DNA of 63,952 bases, the filler included, from Bipalium vagum (Eukaryota), in the NCBI GenBank assembly GCA_037834085.1. It is 3 parts of 3 records of this genome, joined end to end, with 100 filler letters (N's around TTAATTAATTAA, not from the genome) between each part and the next. Parts side by side here need not be neighbours in the genome. Positions count along the whole stretch, not along the records: positions 1 to 30,634 come from JBBMKC010268416.1; 2 more parts are not named here. One strand, given 5' to 3'. The first letter of the stretch is position 1; each line of letters starts with the position of its first letter. Position numbers and translations under genes: made by a program. Below the pieces are notes generated by a model that was not told the DNA's origin, made no database searches, and saw only the letters and a list, made by a program, of their open reading frames with translations. Below are positions 13,901 to 23,707 of the stretch, in pieces.

Positions 13901-14757
13901 ACTTTATATTTAGAATGTCTGAAAAAATGACTGATATCATTTTTAGATTAAGCTGATTTTACAGAGTATGTCAGATAAATCCATTTCCGATAGCCAAATC
14001 CATCAGATGTCGTCTTTTAATGTTAAAGAGTATGCTAGTAAAAATAATGTGATTTTGTCTACATCTGAACATCTTTCAGGTGCTCTTCAAAGTCTATTGA
14101 AACCCAGTGTTCAAGACGTTCGACAAAATTAATTCAAATCTCTCACAAAGAGTTGGTCTCTTTCTCTGTTTGTGTTTAGCAAAATATATATAACACTATC
14201 TAGATTCATTCAAGGAGACCCAGTTTCTTTTATCGGCTTTGTCATCAATGGCACTCTTCAATGGAGAATGATTAGCACAGATAACAGGATCTATTTCCTC
14301 AACGACAGCAGTTTTGCAGAAAATTCCCCGTTGATTCGACGTCGGCATGCCGATAGCGATGCTGACAGTAAACGAGTTTCAGGTTTTTTTCTTCCTTGAA
14401 TGAATTGAATATCTCTACGTGATAATTATCCTATTGACCGTTTTATGGTGACAGAATCGGAATCGACGACCTGTTCAACGATGACAGTCTCTGACGTAAC
14501 GACTGGACAGTCAGGCCCGGTTTCGTCACTGAGTTACTTATCAATGCCCATGGTGAGTGGGATTTATTTGTCCAAAGATGAGTACATGTGTAAAAAGGTT
14601 AGAACAAAAAATTGATTTCTCGAAATGAAAAAAATTTGATTTTTTCGTAATTTAGACAGTGAATCGATACGGTCTACCGATCAATACGAAATTCTTTAGA
14701 GTCCATGCAAATATCGATTGGGGGACAGTCAATGGTAATCGATCGGCAAACAGTTGA
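1990..14757 (+). CDS. RB1CC1: RB1-inducible coiled-coil 1 / FIP200 / Atg11-like autophagy scaffold, 5'-partial, multi-exon
   Basis: Phase-consistent GT-AG exons: 1990-2183, 2226-2447, 2493-2657, 2705-2973, 3028-3083, 6141-6346, 11932-12104, 12155-12327, 12495-12602 (less certain), 13965-14029, 14080-14151, 14204-14382, 14455-14597, 14656-14757. Motifs LLQWVLSQD, KQDLANNI, APLMYARGVVEIARR, SLPKITEEDL and C-terminal Claw YFLNDSSF...KKTVNRYGLPINTKFFRVHA match FIP200 (LLDWINVQD, KQELANNL, VPQMYCLAVVEVVRR, KKAQNRFKVPLGTKFYRVKA). Confidence 0.9.
3363..3494. other. Assembly gap (run of N) inside an RB1CC1 intron
   Basis: Uninterrupted Ns. The flanking exons (3083 and 6141) join in phase and colinearly with FIP200. 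Confidence 0.98.
4860..5530 (+). mobile_element. Tc1/IS630-like transposase relic
   Basis: 5341-5420 translates LIFLPSYSPQLNPFEELFSAWK (the SPxLNPIE catalytic-E motif). Upstream parts are broken by stops. Confidence 0.7.
7250..7900 (-). mobile_element. Tc1/Tc3-like transposase relic
   Basis: Minus strand 7890-7770 gives a degenerate HY*HDL*KEE...TRVEAGGSVMI*ATF, matching the Tc3-like YWHDLRKE...GGGSVMVWGAF. Confidence 0.55.
9130..9420 (+). mobile_element. Merlin (IS1595/ISXO2-like) transposase relic
   Basis: LIPIIRSICRKGSVVMSDEWKDYSKL...VNHKYIFVNPD...TQRIENL...LESYVWEW. These are the SD.W..Y, VNH..FV.P and TQ.IE motifs of DDE_Tnp_IS1595. Confidence 0.8.
9560..10030 (-). mobile_element. mariner (DD34D) transposase relic
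   Basis: Minus strand NDPFLFRIVTGDEKWVLY (9720-9670) and a KKVFLCI* remnant of KVMLCVW. Confidence 0.75.
10315..10634. mobile_element. 320-bp mariner-derived MITE with TIRs and TA flanks
   Basis: Left end TTAGGCTGGTGCAAAAATAATG; right end reverse complement TTAGGTTGGTGCAAAAAATAATG; TA on both sides (10313-14, 10635-36). Confidence 0.85.
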
Positions 14758-16505
14758 GAACAGTGATCGATATTGAAAAATATATAAATATATATCGTGT
14801 ATTTTCTTATTTTTTAAGGCTTTCGTCGTTTGAAATTTTACAAAAAAAGTTTTGATATTGGTAATTTTATTTTGAGCACCCGCACATGTCATTGTTTGAC
14901 CCTACTGCTGTCCACGTTGTGCTCTTTGAATGGAGGTTTCACAACAGAGTGCAGCACTTTTTATAGGTATTAGGCGATCAATAGGTCTTTGAGAATAATA
15001 TTTAGTCATTTGCAATTTTATTATTATTGATTTTATTGTTGAGCTGAGATAATTTAGATTAAATTACCAAAGACTGCTGAAAATTTACTTATTTAAAAAT
15101 CAGAATTCCTCAACTCGTTATTTAGGCCTGATGAACGCGAAATAAGAATAGAAATCTATTTTTAAAGAAATTGACTTTCTTAATAAAGATTTTTTAATAA
15201 TAATTTTAGACAGAAAATCAATAATAAAAATGGAAAAATTATAATTTTGTACATTTATTTTTCCATAATTTCTTATTAAGGTTGTAAAATCAAAATTGAT
15301 TAAATTTGATAAATTTTTATAATCAAAATGAAATAAGTTAAGAAAATATTTTTTAAAAATTCTCGACTTTTTCATTAAATACACAATTTCTTTAAACTAA
15401 GGGTTAATTGGTATCCCGGTAAATTAAGCTTTATTTATCATTTATTTATTTTTATCATTTTGGTTTTTGGAAAAAATTAAAGTTCGTTCAAATATTTTAA
15501 GGGGTTTATTCATATAGTGGAAATTTTAATTGTGATTGAAGTAATGTAATAATGATATTAAATGAAAAGGATTATAATAAAGAATTGAAATTGAAAGGAT
15601 TCCCGTAATAATTTATATTTTAGCTAAAAATTCTAAATTGTAGTATTGATAATAAAGCCATCGACAAGAAGTCCCTTGGTAATGAAAGTAGTTTATTTCA
15701 TTTATTTTAAGCACGATTATCAACTTTTTAAGCACGATCAACTCCAGGAGCACTCTTATATGGTCCTAAAGCTAATATTGAATTGGATTCGCCATTTTCA
15801 TGGCTTCAAAGACTGCCACTCATTACGTGTAGGAATTTTCCACACTATAACCAACTCTGATTAGAAACGGAGATTGATAAAAAAAATTATTATTTTCCTT
15901 ATAAGCCCTTTTAGGGAAATTTCCCAAAAAGCCAAAAATAAATTAATTAACAGAGCCGATAAAGGCAAGACCATTGTAATAATACTCTATCAAATCATAA
16001 ATAATAAATTAATTTATTGGTGATAAATCAGATTGTTGTGATCAATTTTTAGTATTCTCTTATTTTTTTATCTCTTTGTAAAAAAGACTGAATAATTGAT
16101 AACTGTGATAAAAAGATAATATTTTTGTTTTATCAATTGGGGTTTATTTATTCTTCTATTATTTACACCATCTCAGAGAGAGCTTATGAGCCCAAATTCC
16201 AGTAAAATTCAAAGATACGTTGTGAGTAATTAGATTAATAAAACCCTAAACCAAATACACAAATCTAAGGACGGTTTTGACTGACTGAGGAGAGTTAGCG
16301 TAAATAATTCAAATGTGTACTTGAGAAATACGCATTGTTCGTAAATTAAATAACATTGGTTGACAAGAAATATTAAAAATAGTAAAACACATAGTAAATA
16401 CACTGGGTTTATGTTTTAAACATTAACTATAAAAAGGAATCTGACAAAAATAACTTTCCATTAACTGCTAAAGAAAAAGAATAGACTTAAAATATTGTAA
16501 CTAAA

Positions 16506-17049
16506 ATGCGGTCTCAGAATACCAATTCTGTCAACATTTTTGGTAAATGATTTTACCACCGTTATGCAATACATATTTAAAAATAGGGCTGGAAAAACAA
16601 AGAATTTCGATTTATTCGTTTACACTATCATTGCTGCTCTGCCATGAGCACCCTTTCATTACTGTTGACATAAATGTTCCAAACGGAATACGTGAAGGAT
16701 TTTATTCATTAATATCGATGATTGCTCCCAAAACAAGGTATAATAAGCCACCATAGACATAAATTGTATTAAACGTATTCGTCTGTCGTGATGGATTTCG
16801 TTGAATTAAATGAAGACAGTTTATTTATTTATAGTTTCATTGTGATAACATCTAAATATCTGAAAATATCTAAAATTAATTATGAGTTAATCAAGTAATT
16901 AATTAAGTAATTATTATTATTATATTTTAATTTATGACAATAAAATTAAAGAACAATTTTTAATAAAAACATTAATATATTTTCAAGAGAAAATCTGTCA
17001 CTAAAGCACTCTGGAGTGATTTACTAACAAGCTTAAGTTTGCACCTAAG
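16506..17049 (+). CDS. Candidate small orphan gene (unknown product)
   Basis: ATG exon 16506-16542, a 44-nt GT-AG intron, then a phase-consistent open exon 16587-16737 ending at AG|GTATAA. A possible further exon lies at 16989-17049. No recognisable motif. Confidence 0.3.
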
Positions 17050-17089
17050 GTTTTTGTAAGAAAAAAATAAGACTTTCGAGCATGTACTC

Positions 17090-18177
17090 AACATTGGTGC
17101 ATCAAAAAAACTTTATAAATAAAATTTTGAAAAATATTAACTTCTTTAATCAATTGATTTTCGTTTAAAGATTCATTTTCCATTGAGAAGAACATTTTTT
17201 CTCATCTTTCGATTTTAAATTTTTTGTTCATTGTTTTCATTGTTTCCCGTTAAAAAATTGTTATTTGTAAAGATCTTTCAAACAACGTTCCCAGAGAATG
17301 TGAGGTTGACCATCACTACCACGTGCCTTGTAAAATGAAAGTAATATTCTGTAATAAAAGACAAATATTTTGAAGCAACTACTCGACGAAGATCCAAGCG
17401 AACACATAAAAACCTCACAGAATCTTTAGGAGTTAGTCAATAAGTGGTTTCCATAAGGTTGAAATCAATAGAAATTATATACAAGCAAGGTGCCTCATGA
17501 ATAGAAACCGGGAGACGTTGAAAGGCACTATTTCACTTTCGAGCAACTGCTTCAAATGCAACAAAGAAAGAATTTCTTACATCGTGTAGTCAATTGGTAT
17601 GCAAAATGGATATTCTTCAACAACCCCAAGAGGATAAAATTCTACGTTAGGTCGGGTAAATGGATCTCGTCGGTTTCAATATCAACACCATGATTGGAAG
17701 ATGATGCTTTGTATCTGGTGGGACCAAAAGGGTGTTGTATACTTTGAGCTGCTACAACCAAGCGGTTCTATTACGAGCGAGCTGTATAAGTTACAATTTA
17801 TACATTTATACGAGAAAAAAGGCCGGAATACGACCAAAGATATGTTAAAATTCTTCTCCATGTCTTAAAAAATTACTTATTAAGTATTTGATAATGGTGA
17901 AGTGGGATGTTTCAGTGCCCCCGATGTATTCCCCGGACATTGTTCCTTCCGATTATTGTTACCAGTTAAAATCTTTCAAGGAAATTGACCAATGACTCCT
18001 AACTTAGATCGCCTCAAAATAAGAAAATTAGAAAATGTGAAAATTACGTGAGAGGTGGGAGAAAAGTTGCTTTGGACATAACTTTGATTAAATTTTTTAT
18101 TCTTGTTGTAAAAAATATACATTTTTAAAACATTTTTGAATTGTAAAATACGGACTGGGATAATTAGTACACCCAAT
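17090..18177 (+). mobile_element. Near full-length decayed mariner element
   Basis: Fragments FLHRVV..KWIFFNNP, MLCIWWDQKGVVYFELLQP and PMYSPDIVPSDY (YSPDLAPSD motif). TIR-like right end ...AATTAGTACACCCAATA. Multiple stops and frameshifts. Confidence 0.85.
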
Positions 18178-18285
18178 ATATTTTTATGAAAATAGAAAAT
18201 AAAGAATAATTTTAATAAAAATATATATATAGCATTTTATATATTTAGAAAAGAGACTCTGAAACGTTAACAATAATTTCTTCGA

Positions 18286-18806
18286 TCAAAGACCAGGGGG
18301 CCAAGATAATTTCTGTCCGCCGAAAACGTGAATATGTAAATGTGGCACATCTTGGAGGGCATCCTTCCCGTTGTTAATTACCAATCTATATCCATTTGTT
18401 GCGCCCCGCTGTTTCGCCAGTTTAGCAGCAACAAGCATCATGTGTCCCAATAACGTCTCATCACATTCTTGAGCCTCTTCTAAGTTTTCTATTTGTTTCA
18501 ATGGGACCACCAAGAACTATAACCAAAAAGATAAATTCACATATGAAAGTACTTTATTAAGCACGAAAAGTTTACTTTGACTTTCGTCTGACGACTCAAA
18601 CTTAGAAATGCTATACATTTATCATCCTCGTACAAAATTGTGGCAGGGATTTGTCTTTTGATAATTTTTGTAAACACTGATGGTTTGGAGTGCGGTTTAA
18701 TTTCACATTTCGTCTTCAGCTTTCTTCCATAATTCATTATCAATACAAAAATCACTGTGAAACTTAGGATGAGAACAAATCTGACAAGTATTTTTTGGTT
18801 TATCAT
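18286..18806 (-). CDS. HINT-family histidine triad protein (153 aa) with N-terminal hydrophobic anchor
   Basis: Exons 18806-18576 and 18516-18286, 59-nt GT-AG intron. SVFTKIIKRQIPATILYEDDKCIAF, LLGHMM, GYRLVINNG, HLHIH triad and C-terminal WPPG are HINT1/2 hallmarks. Confidence 0.92.
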
Positions 18807-19074
18807 TTTAAATAGTATTTTATAAAAATTTTAAAATATTTGCTTATTTAAATATGTTTATTTAGTTTAGTAAAAGAAAATGTTCATTTAGCTCAATGCC
18901 GTTTAATATTTTCACAAAATATCATAAGAAATTTTTTTTAAAAAAACCAAGATTTTATTTTATAGACATTTCCCATTTTTGCCCATAATTCTATGATTAA
19001 ATTTTATGAATTATGTCGTTACCTTATAATTTTAATTTGAATATTAATACTTAATATTTTGTGAAATATTATAT

Positions 19075-19200
19075 TAATAATAAATATAAAAATAATAATA
19101 AATAATCTTCATTATAATAATAATAATATATTATAATTATATAATAATAATAATAATAATGAATATTATAATTATAATAATAATACTAAGAATAATAATT
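19075..19200. repeat. Degenerate (AAT)n low-complexity tract
   Basis: Imperfect runs of aataataat. Confidence 0.7.
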
Positions 19201-19276
19201 AAAAAATAATTTTAGCTAATTAAATAGTACAAAATTAATTAAAAAGAAAAGAAGGCAATAAATTATTATTTTTTGG

Positions 19277-19983
19277 GATCTAATCTTGACAATGGCGAAC
19301 CTAAATTGCCAAGATTAGATCATGGTACACAAGGAGGGACCGATTTAGGATTAATGATCCTAAAAGGGGAATTGACATTTCCCATTAATAAAATTTGTCT
19401 ACGACTATATACTATATAAGGAGAAGGATTTCTCCATAAATTTACCCTCAACAACCAGACTTCAGATTCGAGATATTCGTAGAGATTCAAACCAGACGAC
19501 AGATTCAAGATATTCAGAAGACTATAATTCTAAAGTATATTGTTAATGCATTCAGTCCTGGAATTGTGTTTAAGCTTCCCATGAGAGGGCTATTTCTGAG
19601 CAACTGTAAAGGCTCAGCTAATAGTCCGGGAAGCTTAAGCGAAGCCATCCTGTAAGCTTGTTTATTTTATTTTATTTTCTTCTTGCTTAACAGTTTACTT
19701 TATTATTAATATAATTCTTAATTAATTATTATTATTATTTGACTTTTGAATCATTTAAGTGTTTATTTTGTTTTATTTTATAAACCTTTTGTGCTTGATT
19801 GATAAAGACAATTGCAGACATTTCAGATCTTATTGTGATCCTTGAGTTTGACGATTTTTGTGTAAATGTTATCATTGTGATTTTGTGTTATAAATACAAG
19901 TTTTGCTTTACTGATTGTTATTATTTTTGCACCACCTAAGAGTTGGAGTCAGGTTTAACTTTTGATACACTAGTTAATGAACA
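19277..19983 (+). mobile_element. Solo-LTR-like element, copy A (left boundary uncertain)
   Basis: Colinear homology with 54940-55600: TATATAAG, CCCTCA about 35 nt downstream, an internal direct repeat, a nested hairpin, GTAAG, ATTTCAG, ATAAATACAA, the identical 20-mer CCTAAGAGTTGGAGTCAGGT, and a shared end TGAACA. Confidence 0.65.
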
Positions 19984-20199
19984 AATATGTTCTACGTAAT
20001 GTATGTCAATTGAATCCTATTTAACTTAAATAATATAACTAATTACATTAACTTACCTATAAAATGTTTTAAATAAGCTAAATTCGGTCACCTATCTTGA
20101 AACTTTTTATTAACGTTTTTTTTTATAAAAGACTTCTATTTGTTATATAAGCCAAACAAAAAGAAACTGGTTTTATAATTTTGTTTATTAATATTAAAT

Positions 20200-20900
20200 G
20201 AACTCATTCAACATACAAATATTTATGTTGGCATCAGTGACGGACAGTAAGTTAACAGCAATTATCCATTTAGGTGTCCAGCATCAAGTATGGTAAAGGA
20301 CAAGTTACCAACTCTTAAGATTGAACATTCATAAAAGCTTTAAACCGATTCAAGGCATTATTAGTGGTTCTTGGTCTTTTGGTTAAGATTTCTGCGTTTT
20401 AGAAATACATTGGCGTTGAGTTGAAGCAACCCGTAATCATACAATGAAAGAAAACTCATCGATGAATTGTTCAAGAAAACCTTCAAAACGATACAAATGT
20501 TTTTGTTACTGATCTTATTTATAATTCAATTTTGTGATGCATTCCATCTTTTTGGATTTACCGCCACATCTCTTTCACTCATCCTATCTCATCACACCAC
20601 GTCGTCCATTATCTTCGTACTAGTTCAATAACAAATTTTTAGAGGGGTAGCCTTCACCTTTTTCAAAATATTTTGAACATTGGAACTTCATTTAATGTTT
20701 CAGTCTTTGGGTCTCCGCTAATTCCACTGGTTATCCATATCGATTCCACCAAAATTTTTCTATAAGTTCCCTCCTCCAAAGTTGTAAGTTGGTATCATAT
20801 CACAGCAATCATAAATTGAATGACTGATTGAGTATAACATATATTTAAACAAGTTTTGAGTCAGTGTCCCAAAAAATAAAAATAAACCTACAATGATTAA
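20200..20900 (-). mobile_element. Mutator/MULE-like transposase relic
   Basis: Minus strand contains RPRTTNNAL(E)S (MULE RTNNxxE motif, about 20380-20345) and a degenerate GT..KTC near 20870. Confidence 0.5.
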
Positions 20901-21232
20901 TTATTAGGCATCACGTCTAGATATAAATAGTCTTAGGTTAAATACCTCTTAATGGCGATCTTTTGCTTCTAATTGAAACATCAGTCTGGTTTCATAAGAT
21001 TTATAATTTTATAATATAAAATTTTGAGACACGTATCCTTACTTTTTTTCAACAATTATTAATTTAATTAAATAAATAATCAAATATTAACAAAAATTGT
21101 TTCATAATCAAACGAAAACTTCTCAAACACACATTTTATTTAAAATCAATTCGAACATGAGTTGATTATAAAAATTATTCCGTAATATTCAAAAATTCGG
21201 AGAATAATAAAAAATAAATATTAAATTATTTT

Positions 21233-21437
21233 GGACCATGTTTTTATTTTGACCGACTCGGTCAAAAAAGAGACTTGAAACGATACACAAAACAATAGCA
21301 AAAGAAAATTCCATGAGATCACCATAGACTCCCTTCATTGATACGATCTTAGTCTTCAGTTTCCCCCAAATCGATTCAATTCTTTGTGTGTATGCACCAG
21401 ACTTGGTGTAACAAACCGGTCAAAAAAAACATGGTCC
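21233..21437 (-). mobile_element. Merlin-derived MITE (205 bp)
   Basis: TIRs GGACCATGTTTTT(A)TTTTGACCG on both ends. Near-identical 9-bp flanks AATTATTTT / AATTTATTT. Internal minus-strand remnant SGAYTQRIESIWGKLK matches the Merlin catalytic-E motif. Confidence 0.8.
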
Positions 21438-22322
21438 AATTTATTTTATTAAAATTTTGTTTTAATCAATATTTTAATTGTTTTTCATCTGTAAAATTTT
21501 CACTGATGGTGCTAAAATAAAAGAGTACAATAATAACTCAATATTATTTTTGAAATGCTTCCTAAAGAATCTTTTGTTAAGAAAAAGTGAAAAAACAAAA
21601 TTTTTAGGTAACTTCGATAATTTTTTTGAAAAAATAATTTTTCATCTTCACTCATTATTCCTCTAAAAATTATCTGTTGATTTTTTTAAAGTGAACCAAA
21701 GTTGTTTTTTCTCAAAAATTGTTTTTTGTTGATATTAGGTATGGAAGAAAATTTCAGAAAATCAATATTTCAAAAATAATTTTAATCAATGTAAAACATA
21801 AAGGAAGAGTGAAATGTTGTGAAATGCTGAAATAATACATTTTCAATATCAAATTACACAATTTTAATATCGGAGACTTTGACATTAATTAATTATTTTC
21901 GCGAAATTATAATTAAATATAATTAGATTACTTTCGTTATGATTTCAGTGCAGCATTAAAACAAAAACAAAATCGTTCTGAAATTTTATTGTGTTGTTAA
22001 GCAATTTCAATCAAGATGTGCGGTACAAGAGAAAGTAATCAAGATTAATAAATCAGCTGAAACCCCCGTATAATTGTCATTATACCGATACAAATAAAGA
22101 ATAATAATAAAACCAGTAAAATTCACAAAAATCAAATCAATTAAACAAGTAAAATCTCAATATTATGTAACATGAAAATATGTAAATAATAAAATATGCG
22201 ACGCCTACATGTACTATAAATGCTGTGGACCAAACTCGAGAAAAATAAACGTGATCTTATGAGCACAACATAAATATCAATAAAAAATAGAATAGCAAAA
22301 TTGAAAAAGTATAAAATACTGT

Positions 22323-23571
22323 TTAAAACTGATAAGTTATTGAACCATCTGATGATCGATGTCCCGTGCCTTTCTTTTCCGTTTCTGAATTTGTCGAATC
22401 TCCCGGCTCGAACTCCGGAGCGGTGGAAATTCTCGACAGCCCTCTGCCTCTGGTATGCGTTTTAACATGTCTCGACTTTTCGTCTGAACGGGCAAATGTC
22501 TTCTGGCAGATTTCACACTCAAACGGTTTTTCTCCGGTATGAGTCCTGCGATGAGTTTTCAAATGATCAGTACGAGCAAATTTCTTAAAACAAAATTCAC
22601 AGGCATATGGCTTAATTCCAGAATGCACTCGCAAGTGGCGATTTAGTTCATCGGATCGGTTAAACTTTCTTTTACAAGCTTCATTTGTGCAGATAAATTG
22701 TTTTTTAGGTTTGGCAATAGATCCTATGCTACTGCAACCGCGAGGATTTTGAAAGGAAATCGTTTGTGATGTGCTCGGAGCATCCCATGAATGGTGAGAT
22801 ATCCACGACAAATGACCTTTCAAATCCGATTTCGTAACCGGCTCTTGTTTTAGTTCTTGGTGAACCTCTTCTGACTGTTCACTGCTGCACGTATCTCTAT
22901 TGATAATAGGCAAAATATCATCCAAACAAATCTTAGATAATTGAGATGAATATCCCATAACACTTGATCTGTAACTGCCTGAAATAATAACCACAATAAT
23001 AACGGAACTCAAATTGTTTTCTCTGCTGAAAATCGGGCTTAAATTGTTAAAAATAAATAATTATTTTTCTTCTGGAAAAAATTATATATAATCAAAAACG
23101 AAAATATCCGTTGAATCAACTGTTAAAATGCGACATTGCCACCCACGCATGATTCACAGTGAAACGAAGCAGTGTTGCTTACGTGATTAGTGAGTAGTAA
23201 CAAATGTCATTTAATATTGTTAATATTAATCTTAATGAAGAACTCATTTCCCAATATTATCGGCATCAATTCCCGATGTTATCAAACAATTATCAAAATA
23301 TTAACATACCAAGACTTGACGATAAAGTTTCAACACCGAAACCCAAACCTTCTAATTCAAGTTCCGTTTGCAAATTGTCATCTTCATCGAAACGCATCGG
23401 AGTTGCAATGTTTTCCACGCTGTATTGATGTTCGAAATATTCACATGCTTTATTTGGAGGCGTTAAACCAGTTTTTACATTGTCCAATTCACTTCCATCG
23501 AGTTTATCAGTTCCAACAAGAGCAATCAGCTTTTTAGAATCTACATCACTTGGTGGAATGCCTGAACTCAT
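22323..23571 (-). CDS. EGR: EGR/Krox-family C2H2 zinc-finger transcription factor
   Basis: Exon 1 23571-23310 (start codon inferred), 331-nt intron, exon 2 22978-22323, phase consistent. Three fingers have recognition helices RSDELNR, RTDHLKT and RSDEKSR, versus EGR1 RSDELTR/RSDHLTT/RSDERKR. Confidence 0.9.
23140..23149 (-). promoter_or_regulatory. EGR consensus binding site TGCGTGGGTG in the EGR intron
   Basis: Plus strand CACCCACGCA is an exact match to the EGR motif TGCGTGGGYG. Confidence 0.6.
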
Positions 23572-23707
23572 TGGATTATTTGGACAGTTATCTTGCAATT
23601 TGGACTGATATTTTCATTCATAAAATATAATGTAGTAACTGTTACTATTTAAAGATTTCAAATGACTTAATTAGGGCAAATAGATTTTATAATACTACGT
23701 TTATGAA

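Noticed and set aside
14890-14960. SECIS-like GTGA...AAA...GGA on the minus strand
   Set aside because: Helix II between the motifs does not pair, and no Sec-containing ORF is upstream.
19581-19630. SECIS, hammerhead or HDV ribozyme reading of the conserved hairpin
   Set aside because: ATGA is absent from copy B and has no correctly placed 3' GA partner. There is no CUGANGA/GAAA core and no HDV P1-P3 pseudoknot.
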